Shown here: positions 39,294 through 54,272 of the stretch, in pieces | How the letters are laid out: each line of letters begins with the position of its first letter | Numbering within the stretch: the stretch's first letter is position 1 | NCBI GenBank assembly: GCA_951406725.2 | Contig: OX597819.1 | Span: 65,658,001 to 65,722,000, forward strand | Direction: 5' to 3' | Source: Octopus vulgaris | Taxonomy: Eukaryota | DNA length: 64,000 bases | Made by a program: the position numbers and the translations under genes | Notes under the pieces: model-generated | Told to the model about the DNA's origin: nothing | What the model saw: only the letters and a program-made list of their open reading frames with translations | Database searches by the model: none

Positions 39294-39481
39294 TATATAT
39301 GTATGTACATATATATATGTGTGTGTGTCTGTGTGTAGGCACATATGTGCTTGTTCATAAGTGTATGTGCATATATGTATGTGCGCGTGTCTGGGTAGAT
39401 GCATAAAAACCACAGATATAGGTACATATATGCCTTTATATATATATATATATACATGTATTCGTATTTATATATAAACGA

Positions 39482-39514
<33 letters not shown>

Positions 39515-40027
39515 CATATATAATAGAGCTACTTTGCTTCTTATACATACATATATATATATATATACATATAAGGTACATACATGTATGTAGAATGTAT
39601 GTAAGTATACATGTGTGCGTATGAAGCTAAGCTGAATAGTGATAATAAACAATTGTTTTGGAAAGAACAATACATTTAAAAGGTTGTGTTTGAAACAATG
39701 GTGCTTTTATGACAAGACTGTGATAACAAAAATCAAAAAAACATCAACAACAACAAAAACAACAGTAACAAAGAGAACAACAACAACAGGATCAAATAAC
39801 AAGAAGAATATAAATAAAATTGCCGCCTTTATGACAATATGTGTTAAGAGAGTCAACGACAAGAGGAACACTATTGGTGGTGGGGTGTTGGTTTTGATGG
39901 AGGTGGTGGTGGTGATGATGGGGACGACGTCAACGACGTTGGGCATGATGATAATGATGATGACGATGTTGATGGTGATGATGCTGATAACAATAAAATG
40001 ACAACAACAACAACAATAATAATAATT

Positions 40028-40105
40028 TATACTATAAGCACAAGGCCTGGAACTTATGAAGAGGGAGACTGGTACTTAATTTATCGACCCCCTAATGGAT
40101 GAAAA
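40028..40105 (-). mobile_element. Family B 3' fragment in (AAT)n
   Basis: GCACAAGGCCTG..ACTGGTACTTAATTTATCGACCCC..GGATGAAA. Confidence 0.7.
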
Positions 40106-40459
40106 TAATAATTTGAAGATGTAGAAAAAAATAATGATAATGAAAGAGGAGGAGGAGGAGGAAGAAGAAGATGCAATGTCAGTTTAATATTTTGCAATTC
40201 GCAAAGAACAAATATGATATGCGAAAATGTGTAAATAAGTATATTAATAAATATATAATGTTATTGATATACAATTGGAGAAAAAAAGCAGCAGTGAACG
40301 AAAAAAAAAAGGAAATAACGTAAATTTAACAACCAATCATAAAACCGCTAAAGTAAGACAAGTTCAGGAGTACCGATGACAAACTCCTTTCATATACAAT
40401 GATACGTACGAGTGTGTGTGTGTGTGTATAATAAATATGCATATATATACACGGGTATA

Positions 40460-40495
<36 letters not shown>

Positions 40496-41500
40496 TGTAT
40501 GTATGTACTGGAAAAGTATATATATATTTACAGTAAGAATCATTCCCCATCGCCAAACAGTGTTTGTCACACGCTGACGACGGGTCAATACTCAGAAACT
40601 CGGGTCCGTGTGTATCACGTCAGGTTGGAGATGGGAACGATGACTTCCGTTTGTGAATACTGATAGGGCACAGATAAACGTGTAAATAGCCAGCTGGAGG
40701 AGATGTCTTCCTTTGGCTACAAGTTACAGTAGCATAAACCCTTAAGAGTTAGCGATATTTAGGTGACAAATATCCTTCCCGATATATATATATATATACA
40801 CACATACATTGATAGAGAAAGATATGTGGTTGTGTATAAGTATGTGTGTTTTTGCGTATATGTCTCTTGCTGTAGAAGCCAGCCTACGAAGTACTTTGTA
40901 CTTTGCGATTCTAACTCAATACATGTTCTACTTTTGACGAACATCTGCAGAAATATTTCACGATTCAGATTTCTGTAATGAAGAAACTAAGAATTAGTTT
41001 AGTCATATTAACTGTAATAGAATATGACATGGTATCAGATGAAACAGACACCAAAGAAGAATTATGCAATTACACGTTAAGTTTTTTAGTCTAGCAGAAA
41101 GATGACTATTGTGTGCGCAAACAAACAAGTTCATAAAGAAAACAAACAACCAATTAAATACCCGCTTTGATAGTAATATTAGCTGCAACAGTATCTCAGG
41201 CACGGTTTTTCGCCAAGTATATCGCGGAGATAAAAGCACAGCAAATACGTTTGCTACCACATGTGTGAAATACTCACGGACGGACACACACATACAGACA
41301 CAAGCACGCACACACTTTCACGCACCCATACACTGTCATGCACAGATACTCGCATAAATCATACACATGCATTTTATTACTTTCTCTCTTTTTATACATA
41401 TATGTGCTTGTGTGTGTGTGTATGTATATATATGTATATATATATATATACGTATTTATACACACACATATATATGTGTGTGTGTATATATATAAATATT

Positions 41501-41544
<44 letters not shown>

Positions 41545-41606
41545 TATATACGTATTTATACACACACACACATATATATGTGTGTATATATATATATATA
41601 AATCTT

Positions 41607-41638
<32 letters not shown>

Positions 41639-41700
41639 TATATTTTTGTACACATATGTGTGTGTGTATATATAAATCTTTATATATATATATATATATC

Positions 41701-41735
<35 letters not shown>

Positions 41736-42277
41736 TACATATATATATTAATTGTATGTGTTTGTGTGTGCGTATGTATGTGTATATATGTGTGAGTATA
41801 TGTATGCGCGTGTGTGAATATGTATATATGCATATATATTTACCTAAATATATACATATGTATAGAGAAGGCTTCTATATATATCGGGGAGAAGAGATGG
41901 AAAGACAGAGAGGAAAAAAGGGATACTTTTAATTATCTACAAGTACCAAAAACAATATTAAACGAAAATGCACATTTCTGTATTGTACTCAGTATTAATA
42001 CAATGTGCAAATTTACTGCGGTATTCAAACTGTTATACTATGGCTTCAGTAACATACTTTTATTCTCCCTGGTGACTATTTGCAACATCAGTGACAGTTT
42101 GTTATTTACTTACTGGCTTCCTATATCCCTTGTGACATCATATGTCTGGGCATACTGTAACTAAGTAATTAAGGGTGCAATGAGCACCGGCGTTCCTAGA
42201 AATAAAAGTCAGAGACACTTTAACCACAAAAAGCACGTTCCTATTTCAGTGACAGGAGAGATAACCTCCCTACTACG

Positions 42278-42309
<32 letters not shown>

Positions 42310-42483
42310 GGGAGAGTTTACGAAAAATAAAACAAAAGACGAAGACAGGTGGTGTACAAAACAAACAGATGTATTAGTATAACGCCCCTGAATAGAAAAA
42401 GGTTTTTACGTTTCGAGCCTACGCTCTTCTACAGAAAGGGACACAGAAAAAACAAGGAGAGAAAAAACTCTGTGTAGTGGCTA
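42310..42483 (-). mobile_element. Family D copy (hammerhead-like motif 42404-42438)
   Basis: Minus strand reads CTTT CTGTAGA A GAGC gtag GCTC GAAA CGTA AAA. Confidence 0.72.
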
Positions 42484-42515
42484 ATGTATGTATGTATGTA
42501 TGTATGTATGTATGT

Positions 42516-42660
42516 AGTTGGAATTTACAAAAAAACAAAAAAAAAAAAAAAGACGAAGACGGGTGTGTAAACAACAAACAGATGTATTAGTTTTAACGCT
42601 CGGAAAGTGAGAAAGTCTTTTACGTTTCGAGCCTACTCTCTTCAACAGAATGGAACACAA
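42516..42660 (-). mobile_element. Family D copy, tandem with previous (motif 42617-42651)
   Basis: Minus strand reads TT CTGTTGA A GAGA gtag GCTC GAAA CGTA AAAG. Confidence 0.72.
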
Positions 42661-43379
42661 TATATATATATTGGTACCAAGCAAAGAAGTGTTGGTGAGT
42701 ATGGCATAAGGTAATTGCGAGTATGTGTATGACATTGTTAAAATGACTTTTTCTGCACCAAAATGAAATTATGACCCGCATAGATACACATATTCTAACA
42801 GAAAAAAAGAACTTAGTAACTGAGATTTATATCTCTACATGCACATATACACACTAACACATGTATGCATATATGTATATACATATGTATGTGCCAATAT
42901 AAGCTATATATATACGGAGCATATTCAGGAGTAATTATTTGCGAAGATATTATTGACTATCTTAATAATAATAGAGTCAATGATATCTTATTAATATCTT
43001 ATTAATAATAATAGAATCGATGATATTTCGCAAATATTTTCTCCTCAATTATTTGTTTCGTATTGAAATTATTTTCACACCGGTGGCTGTCATGATTCGG
43101 CGCAAAACGAATCAGTTGCTGCGCAGACTTCAACGTGAAGGATTGGGGCTCTTCATCGTGGTAACGTGTGCTGAGGAGAGTGAGGCTATTTTTGCCATTA
43201 AAGAAACCGGTCCACGTCAGTCCAAATACTTGAATGTATGCTGAGAGATTGTCTTAGCCCGTTTACCTTCGGAAGGTTTAAATTCTGTAGCTATTGTGAG
43301 TGTATTTTGGCGATTTAAAGAAGAATTTTGACTGTTATTTCCAGCAGGTCGACATATCGGTATGTCATTTGATTAGTTT

Positions 43380-43492
43380 TATATATACATATATATATGT
43401 ATATATATGTGTGTGTGTGTGTGTATACATATATAAGTGTGTATGTTATATATATATATATATATATATATGTACATCGGCATTTCTATACA

Positions 43493-43535
<43 letters not shown>

Positions 43536-43620
43536 CATACATACATCTGTAATAGCTTACAAAGTTCAATACCTGTATATATAAACGCATATATATATAT
43601 ATATATATATATGCGTGCAA

Positions 43621-43664
<44 letters not shown>

Positions 43665-43675
43665 GTATATGTATG

Positions 43676-43743
<68 letters not shown>

Positions 43744-43785
43744 ATGTGTGTGTGTGTATATATATGTATATATATATACATATAT
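43380..43785. repeat. (TA)n-dominated microsatellite field
   Basis: Directly visible. Confidence 0.9.
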
Positions 43786-44114
43786 CCGTACTTGCACGCA
43801 TACCTACGTATGCATAGTTACGTACGCGCACACACAGGCGCACATACACACGTTCTTGTTCTGTTTCGTCTACAACTTCACGCGTCTGTCTGCAGGAATT
43901 CACAATTGCTGCCAATTACATTGGTCTTGTATGTTATTGAAAGGAACTACTTAACACTTCGTTAAATATCATTTATAGAAGAATTCTAAACTGCAAATTG
44001 GAAAATGAACAAATCGTTCATTCTTTCCGTTTGCTTACCGACCTCACAAAACCACCATCACCACTTGTATGAGTGCATTTATGTGTACATATATATGTGC
44101 ATATGTATGTGTGT

Positions 44115-44620
44115 ATCCATCCATCCATCCATCCATCATCTATCCATCCATCCATCCATCATCTATCCATCCATCCATCCATCCATCCATCATCTATCCA
44201 TCCATCCATCATCTATCCATATATCCATCCATCCATCATCATCCATCATCCATCCATCCATCCATCATCTATCCATCCATCCATCCATCCATCATCCATC
44301 CATCCATCCATCCATCATATATCCATCCATCCATCATCTATCCATATATCCATCCATCCATCCATCATCTATCCATCCATCCATTTTCTTTTTTCCTTTC
44401 TTTCCATCTCTTCTATTGAAATGTTTTCGCATGTATCTTTGTGTCTATTTATCAATCTATATGTAACTCTGTCTCTCTTTCGCTCTTTCTCTCCCCATCT
44501 TCTCTCTCTCTCCCTTTTTATCTATCTATCTGTCTTACTGTCTGTCCGTCCGTCAGTCCGTCCGTCTGTCTGTCTGTCTGTCTGTCTATCTGTCTGTCTG
44601 TCTGTCTGTCTGTCTGCCTG

Positions 44621-44670
<50 letters not shown>

Positions 44671-44726
44671 CATCCATCCATCCATCCATCCATCCATCCA
44701 TCCATCCATCATCTATCCATCCATCC

Positions 44727-44812
<86 letters not shown>
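44115..44812. repeat. (ATCC)n/(GTCT)n/(ATCT)n compound tetranucleotide repeat
   Basis: Directly visible; accounts for the 302-aa low-complexity ORF. Confidence 0.95.
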
Positions 44813-45229
44813 AGGTCTGTCTAATAACCTCTTTATCAATCTATGCATCTATATTTCTTTCCATCTTTCTTCAACTTGTTTCATGCACATTCTTTCCTAT
44901 AACTACGTTCCTGAACTTGTGTTACATTTGTCTTTAATTACATTTTACTGTGTGCGCAGGTGTATATATATATATATATGAATGTATTCATGTATGAATG
45001 TATATGTATAAACATGTATTTATCTAATTATCTGCTTATCTATCTATGCTATTTACACACACACACACTCCCCTACATGTTGCATATTGTATTTGAGGAC
45101 ATATTTTATAATTTAATAAAACATCAATAATCTTACGGAAACTAAATTTATTTTCATAAAAATCTGTGTCGGACCGAAATTGTTAACATTGCTGCGCTAA
45201 ATGGTCCATAAACATTTCAGATTTCACCT

Positions 45230-45620
45230 GGACAAGTGCAGAGTTCAATGAACTCAGGTATTGTGGTGATATCGATTAGTGTCTGTTTGAACAGTGCTCC
45301 AACTGATGGCAAAAACTTGATCGCAAATAATGGCTGACCACCATACTTGGATAACGTGGGCTTTAAGAGCCGGTGTTGAGGCTTGTTGGAACGCGCATTG
45401 CTTTCCGCTACTGACTCAATGGAAACTTATACACACCTCTCTGAGAACATGAAAAAGATGTGCACACAAACATCTTCTATTTCTCATGACTCTTGTCCTT
45501 TTTCTCCACATCAGAAAAGAACCCGAGAATAACATGTTTGTGAAAGATTTTTAACTTTAAATAACCTCTTGGCGTTGTTCAAACTGCTATTTTGCCGATA
45601 GGATTTGTCCTCATCTCAAT
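45230..45620 (-). pseudogene. Decayed Tc1/mariner-superfamily (DD37D/maT-like) transposase remnant
   Basis: Minus strand encodes FFSD (45510-45521) and FQQASTPALKAHVIQVW (45341-45391), matching 'FSDEK' and 'FQQDSAPAHKA..TQ.W'. Contains deletions and stops. Confidence 0.6.
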
Positions 45621-46079
45621 AGATATCACTTGTATGAAACATTTCTGATAATCTAACCCGATATCTGATGGCCCTTATTGATTGTCCAGTAACAATATAG
45701 ATAATGTTTTGAAACCGTTGAATGAGTGCCCTTTACAGTCCAAACATTTAAGGATCTTTTTCTGTTCCATCCAGTTCTGCTCAGGGGCTTCCAATTTTTT
45801 TCTGAATATTTTGTACAAATAGTCTTGCAGCATTTAGAAAGTTGTCAATTTATAAATTGCTGTGTCCCGCCCGTATAACGGAGAAGCTCACTTGTCTAAT
45901 TGCTGCAGCACATTGTATTAGTCATTTCCCTCTCATGTTTATTCTACCACTATAAATAAATATGACTCTATATAAATATGTATTTCATTACAAAATTTTG
46001 GGCTGGCACATCAATCTTAATTGCATAATTAGGCAATTGTTAATTACTTAATAAATTATAAATAGTATCGTTTACCTTT

Positions 46080-46476
46080 TATCATTTCTTTGTTTCATTC
46101 ATTTGAACGCAGCCATGCTGTAGCACCGCCGTGAAGGGTATTAGCCGAACCAATTGACCCCAGGATTATATTTCTGAACCCTCGTACTTATTCTGTCGCT
46201 GCATTTCTGACGAACCGCTAATTTGCGGGGATGTAAATACACAAACTCCACTTGTCGAGCGGTGGTGGAGGAGAAACAGAAAAGCAAAGATACACACAAA
46301 TATATATATATACATATATATATATACGCCAGGCTTCTTTCAGATCCCGTCTACTAATTCCACTCAAAAGGATCTGGTCGGCCCGGTGCTATAGGAAAAA
46401 TTTGACCAAGATACCACGCGGTAGTACCATGTGCGTAGGAAGCAAACGTCCTACCTTACAGCCACGCCTTCGCCTA
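46080..46476 (-). mobile_element. SINE family A, strongly diverged
   Basis: GCAGCCATGCTGTAGCACCGCC..GAACCGCTAA..GGCTTCTTTCAG..CAGCCACGCCTTCGCC. Confidence 0.78.
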
Positions 46477-47131
46477 TGAGCATATATTAATATAAATGAC
46501 ATACAATATTGAGGGATGAAAAACAAAAATACCCTTTCATGTTTGCTTCAGTTTACTCACTGAAACAATCTCATTGTTTATTCTACTTCCGTAAACATAT
46601 GATTGCATTGTTAACTACGAAGATATCTGTGTCGTCATATCGAATCAACTATGTATGAATAATTGTGGATGAACACAACTGAAACCATTGGTATCATATC
46701 AACAGCGTTCTTCCACCAATGTGTTATTGAGCATTCTTTGGTTTGTTCTTTACTAAGGTGTGTCTTTGTGTATTTGTGTGTCTGTTTCTCATATATGTTT
46801 ATGTGTCTTTTGGTGTGCACATGTCTGTGCGATTGCTTACATATCTTTGTGAATATTTACCGAACACTTCAGTTTTCATCGACTTTTTTGTGTGTGTCTG
46901 TTTGTTTGCATGTATGTATGTATGTATGTATGTATGTATGTATGTATGTATGTATGTATGTATGTATGTATGTATGCAGGTATTTATAACCGGATATATG
47001 TTTATGTGTATAGATTTGAATACATATATATGTGTGTATCTATCTATGTATCTACCTATCTTTTTATTTATCTATCAATTTATCTCTAACCCTCTCTCTT
47101 TCTCTCTCTCTCTCTCTATATATATATATAC

Positions 47132-47165
<34 letters not shown>

Positions 47166-47516
47166 GTATATATATATAATATATATATTATATATATATT
47201 ATATATGTATATATATATACACAGGCACACATGCACATTTAAATATCTCCACATACGTACTCAAATTCATGCCACCAGAATTACATATACCTACATATTC
47301 ACAAACATGAGCATACTTAACTATGAGATCAGTACCCAAGTGCGCGTATGTGTTTCATTTTTATCTACTGGAGAAAACATAGAGCAGAAATTTTAGTCAC
47401 TATGCTAGTTTGAGCATATTTATATATATATATATATAGACATGTATACACACATATATATCTATATATATATGTATTTACATTTATTATGTATATACAC
47501 GAACATCAGACACGAA

Positions 47517-47579
<63 letters not shown>

Positions 47580-47856
47580 CATACATAAGTCGACATCATT
47601 CCCTTAAGCTATGTTATGTACTAGAAATACAGAATATACTAAGATGTTTGTCTTAGAATTAAGAATTCAAAGACGTCAAGAATGTTAGTTTGGCACCTAA
47701 GAAGCTGAATAATGTCAATTCTATTTATATAATAGGAAAATAACATGAATAAGAGATTCCATGTAGAAGGTATAAAAACAAAATAGAAGTTTGGTGGAAA
47801 AGTTCTTTTTATGTATCGGTATTCATACTAACATGCATATATATATGTATATATAT

Positions 47857-47929
<73 letters not shown>

Positions 47930-48467
47930 GAAACCCAACCGCGCAGGCTCACACATTTATTGGTATGTATGAATTTATGATAGTATGCATTTATCAACCA
48001 ACCTATCAGTCGCCTTGCGGACACACACACACACATATATGCATATGCTGTTGATAAATAAAAAAAACCTTTCCCCGATGAAAAGGTCTCATGATGGAGA
48101 AGAGAATCAATAGGGCCAGGAAATCTTGAATGTACTGTTAACCCTATATAGAAGCACATGTGTACATGCTGCACATATACATACTTGATAAAAACGTATT
48201 TTAATATCTGTGTTTTCGGTGTATTAGAGTATGTGTATGTGAGAATGTGTCTGGCTGTATGATTATGTGTGTTGTGAGTGTGGTGTGTGTGTGTGTGTGT
48301 GTGCTCTTGTGCCTTTTGACAGTAGGGGTGACGTGTACGAGCAGATATTAAAGAGTAGGAGGTGAGCTGGATAGTAATTTCACACGCACAGATATATAAC
48401 TGGTACTTGAAAGTTTGCGAATATGTGTATGTTATTGTCAGTGTTTGTGGGTATATGTGAGTGTATG

Positions 48468-48845
<378 letters not shown>

Positions 48846-49399
48846 GAGGGAGGAAGAGAATGACAGGAAAACAGCTAGTTATATTATCACCCAGCTAGTT
48901 GCGTAATGAAATCATACACATGTTCTCTGTGTGAACACACACACAGACATATATATATATATCACGAATATACACGAAATTTTAAAATAATTAAACCAGC
49001 ATACAGTACAACAAAGAGTCAAAACAGGAAACCTTCATCGGCTACTTTACCAGGGACTTTAGCGGTTTCGACGAGTCAGAGAGTGCAGCCTACCTTAGGA
49101 ATATCAATAAACATCGGATACCGTTGTCTGAAAACATATTTAATAGAAAGTAGGCAACAATAAGCTAAATAAACATTTTAGCTCTATAAACCTGAACAGA
49201 TAGATGCAGGGAAGGAACAATTGGTAAACTATTAGACAAACGACAGCATGGTACATGTAATCTTATATATATATGCATGTGTGCATATATGTGTGTGTGT
49301 GTTTGTGTAAAGACATGTTTTTTTAATGATAAATATAACAATTTAAACAGTTACGACATAGAACAGACGGAGGCAAAATAAAGCTGTAGTGCAACAAGT

Positions 49400-49670
49400 G
49401 CGACATGAAAGAGAAGGAAAATATTCATTAAATCCTGGAAGATATTCTTGAGCAAACGGTGGAGAAGAGAAGGCTACGTGTATTCAGAGCTAAAAGATAA
49501 AAGAAGTATCTGTGGTTAAATACGAAACATGTATGTGTAAGTCTATGTAGAAGACATACAAGCATGTCAAATATGCACATTTGTCCATCGACTGAAGAAA
49601 AAAACATGAGGAAGATTGTTAATCGATTTTCGATAATTATTGAGGTCTCATCATAAATGATTACATGACT
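49400..49670 (+). pseudogene. Possible highly decayed RTE-like RT fragment
   Basis: LEQTVEKRRLRVFRAKR*KKYLW resembles RTE 'LE.RGL.VSR.KTEYL'. Weak and frameshifted. Confidence 0.3.
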
Positions 49671-49792
49671 AGGCCAATCCCAGCTAGACGAGTAGCCAAG
49701 CCATTTTTATACACAGTAAGTCTTGAAGCTACTGAGGACGTGGTGGCAGTACTTAATTAAGATTGCATTATACAAATATATATATATACATA

Positions 49793-49834
<42 letters not shown>

Positions 49835-49840
49835 CATACA

Positions 49841-49876
<36 letters not shown>

Positions 49877-49894
49877 TATGTATACATCGAGGCT

Positions 49895-50060
49895 GGCGCA
49901 GGTGTGTGGTAAGAAGCTTGCTTCCCAAACACATGTTTCTTGGTTCTGGGTTCAGCCCCACTACGTGGCAGCTTAGGCAAGTGTCCTCTACTGTAGCCTC
50001 GAGCCTGCCAAAGTCTTGTGAGTAGATTTGGTAGACCGAAACAGAAAGAAGCCCGTCATA
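49895..50060 (+). mobile_element. SINE family A 5' half
   Basis: GGCGCAGGTGTGTGGTAAGAAGCTTGC..AGGCAAGTGTCCTCTACT..GAAAGAAGCCCGTC; ends at the internal (TA)n. Confidence 0.85.
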
Positions 50061-50128
50061 TATATTTATATCTTTTGGGGATTTGGTTTGCAAGATTCTT
50101 CATATGAGTTCGTGTGTTGAAACATATT

Positions 50129-50327
50129 CTGTTATGTCTGGGGGGAGTCTTGCAACCTTTTTCATAGTTTTGAAGACTATTGTTTTCAAAGAGTCAAAAC
50201 TATTTAAAAGGTTGCAAGACGCAACGAAATTTTAGGAAAATAAAAATAAGAAAAACGGGGAAATTTTACCGGTGAGTGTGTTATATTAAAAGGCACAAAA
50301 AGAAAATAATTCTCCCCAGACACAACA

Positions 50328-50328
<1 letters not shown>
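50129..50328. repeat. Nested inverted-repeat element
   Basis: Outer arms 50129-50146/50312-50328; inner arms GTCTTGCAACCTTTT..ATAGTTTTGA / TCAAAACTAT..AAAAGGTTGCAAGAC (50147-50220). Confidence 0.7.
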
Positions 50329-50386
<58 letters not shown>

Positions 50387-50584
50387 TTAGATATGTTTCG
50401 ACCAAAGATTAGTCCAGGCCATGTCTAACTTAATTGCACCACCTTATAGGATTATCTAAATCCTGTTTAAGTCAAGTTTTGTTTATGGTCCATTCAAGTT
50501 GTTTTGTGTGAGTTGTATCCAATTATGGGTGGCTTAACTGGTATTCCTTGAAGGAATCTATCCAGACTTCATTTATATATATAT

Positions 50585-50629
<45 letters not shown>

Positions 50630-50729
50630 AATTTTGAATTTTATATTTTGTATATTATATTAATTACTTTTATTTCTATGTTTTGGTTTATGTTTTTCAC
50701 TGTTTGATTTGTCTAATAGTGGTTGTATC

Positions 50730-51053
<324 letters not shown>

Positions 51054-51065
51054 AGTATGTTTGGA

Positions 51066-51185
51066 GGCGCAGGTGTTGCTGTATGATGAGTAGCTTGCTT
51101 ACCAACCATATGGTTCTGGGTTCAATGCCACTGCGCGGTAACTTGTGAGTGGATTTGGTAGACGGAAACTGAAAGAAGCTCATCG

Positions 51186-51234
<49 letters not shown>

Positions 51235-51405
51235 TTGTCCCCCCCCCCCACCCCCACTGTCGCTTGATAACCGATGTTGATGTATTTACGTCACCATAAC
51301 TTTGCAATTAGGCAAAAAAGGAACGAGAAAAAAGTCCTGGGGCCGATTTGTTCGACTAAAGGCAGCGCTCCAGCATGGCCGCAGTGAAATGACTAAACCA
51401 AATAA
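51066..51405 (+). mobile_element. SINE family A with internal deletions
   Basis: Head, internal (TA)n(TG)n and 3' half colinear with 4416-4890. Confidence 0.85.
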
Positions 51406-51424
51406 AATGTGTATATATATATAT

Positions 51425-51458
<34 letters not shown>

Positions 51459-52301
51459 GTTTCTGTGTGAGAGCGTGTGTTTATGCATGCATGCATATAT
51501 TTGTGCATATATGTATGCACATATATGTATGTACGAATGTATGTTTGTACATATACATATCATCATATGGCGCTGTCTTGTCTCTCTTCAAGTGCTAGTA
51601 TTGCATGCAGTCTCCTGCCATACCAAGCCAGAATCCATATATTTAAAAACCATATCTTTCCTCATAAACAATCCAACATGCAAAGAACTGTATGTGTGAC
51701 AGTACGGGTTAGTGCTTGTCCCTCCATGTGTGCGTTTGTGCGTGAGTTCGCGTGTAGGGACTGATGGATATGAATTCCAGAATACGCGCGTTTGTGCGTA
51801 CGTATAACATATAAATTATTTTACGTATATTGAAACTCGTTATCGTAAAGCAATGCTTGTTGTAGTAACGGATTTGCTGTTGGAGTTGTTAATGTTAGTC
51901 GTAGTATCAGCCTTATTTGTTTTGTTAATGCTGCATGCTCGTGTTCGTTCTGTTTATTCTGTTTTTGATAACCTTCCGATGTGTCACTATGTAAAGGAAA
52001 GAGATAAGAAGGAAAATTTATGGCGGTATTTTTCTCTCCTTTGATATTTCGCCCAATCGCTGTTTCTCCTTCACAAGGTTTTCCCCACTTTTCTGAAAAA
52101 AAAATGCTTACCCAAGCTGCCTCTGTAAATATGTTTATTTATGTGTTTATTTATATATTCATGTTCTGTTCCTTGAACTGGAATTGTTGAAAGGCCACGA
52201 AAATCGTTGCTGAATTTTAAATGAGTAAGCAAAGATATGTAACTAGATAACAGCTTACATACATGCATACATACATACATACATATATATATACGTAATA
52301 G

Positions 52302-52495
52302 GTAATAGGGATTGAAGAAATCCAAGAGAATACCACAGTCAGCATTCTGCGAAAAACCTTGGTGAAAATAATGCCAAGTAAGGAACACAGGCATCTCTAG
52401 AGATTCAATAGAAAACTTGACTCCAACGTTGTCTGCCGATCGAATTGTGAATTAATCGTAGAGTATCATAGCAATAAGACAATGATAATGAAGAT
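52302..52495 (+). mobile_element. Possible R4/Dong-like 3' end remnant
   Basis: VIGIEEIQENTTVSILRKTLVK* resembles the 'IQK....TA.ILRK.L' C-terminus, followed by a UTR-sized segment and an AAT/GAT-rich tail. Confidence 0.4.
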
Positions 52496-52541
52496 TATGT
52501 TTCTACGTACGTAAAACGCAATTTTCATTGCTTTGTCTGAT

Positions 52542-52603
<62 letters not shown>

Positions 52604-52743
52604 ACATACATATATACACATACTATATATATATATTTATATATATATATATATGTGTGTACCTATCAGTGTATCTCTCTATCTACCTATCTTTTTATTT
52701 ATCTATCAATGTATCTCTAAGTGCCGCTCTCTCTCTTTCTACT

Positions 52744-52792
<49 letters not shown>

Positions 52793-54146
52793 AAAGTTTA
52801 ATAGCTGTACAATGAAAAATTCATACAGATGTTGCTCCAATATAAAAAAATATTATCAGTTGCAAGCCACACTAAGAGCTCCCTCCAAGCTGTAAGCGGC
52901 GAGACCTTGGAGCTTCCCCACTCGATTAGGCATGCTTGATCAAATAAGTGGTTTGTGGAACTGAAATCACAGCAGTACTTGAAAATGAGAAATTTTAAAG
53001 GAAAAATTACATTGGTTAATACGAAGATAATATTTGAAATAAAGATAAGGGAAACATCAGTCTTCTTCCCGACACACGGATAAGAATAAGGCTACGAAGT
53101 TGGCTAACCATAGATAAGATCTGTAGAGCATCTACTCACTGCACACCACCAAGTGAAACAATGGTTGAGCAATGCACAGCATGCACAGTATGCACAGTTG
53201 GTTTGAATATAATGATCAAATGTTTCTGCTCAATCAGCTCATTAAATTGACATTGGTTTTGCAGGTGCACGGTCTGCCATACGTCAGGTGTCGACATTAT
53301 CATTGTGTGAAAATTTGGAATGGAGATCAAGGCTGAAACGTGTATGGTAACGCGTCCATGTGATCAACGACGTGCTGGGGGTTAAAATAGAAACTCGAGG
53401 CAAGTAATAGATCGAAAGGGAGTCTCCATGGCCCTTTCACCTACTAAAAACAACAGCTACTTATCTTCGTTTAAATTACATAACACCGTCTTAAAACAAA
53501 AAGACAAGACACGCTGTTTAATTGACATCTGAGCTTTCTGGGCATAGAAAAAAGGAGACTAGGTAGTCAAAACTAGAATGGTGCTGATCTTTAGGCTGTT
53601 CGAATGGCTTGGAGCTGGCTTCTATGACAGCAGCAGCGGGAACAAGAGTAACATCTGCTACTGTTTTGTGTCAAGAAGCGCTTCAATGTGTACTTCCACT
53701 AGGCAACCATCTACCCTGTTCTCAACTGACTACAAACCTATGATAGACATTATTAATAAATTCAAGCTTCCGTTTCACTACATGGTAAGAAAATGATTTG
53801 AGTAACTTCAATAATTTTCTGATAAGTGTGGGTGTGTAGCATGTGTGTATGTGCGACTGTGTATCCTGTTATATATTTGTAATTAAATAACATATATTCT
53901 TAATACATGTGTGTGAGTGTGTGTGTGTGAATATTTAAATGTAAATGTACGTACAGACATTCACACATACTCACACACGCACATCTATATATATATATAT
54001 ATATTGTATGTATATACATTCTTACATTCATATTTGCAAACATTTGTTCAAATGCATTCATACATTTACATCTCGTGATCACGTGATATAAATACACACA
54101 CACACATATATATGTATGTATATGAATATATAACTATATGCAAATA

Positions 54147-54193
<47 letters not shown>

Positions 54194-54207
54194 CCATTTA
54201 CAAGCAT

Positions 54208-54272
<65 letters not shown>

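Noticed and set aside
40534-40740. Complex island amid microsatellites, possible exon
   Set aside because: No recognisable translation in the frames examined.
44073-44981. 302-aa ORF and similar long ORFs (47809-48702, 41261-41932, 46743-47396, 22905-23429, 3334-3813)
   Set aside because: Stop-free reading of simple repeats ([10 protein letters not shown], poly-S/T); no domain-like sequence.
50384-50500. Minus-strand GACCA..TGGTC-GAAACATA, hammerhead-like 3' half
   Set aside because: No CUGANGA core upstream of the stem, and single copy.
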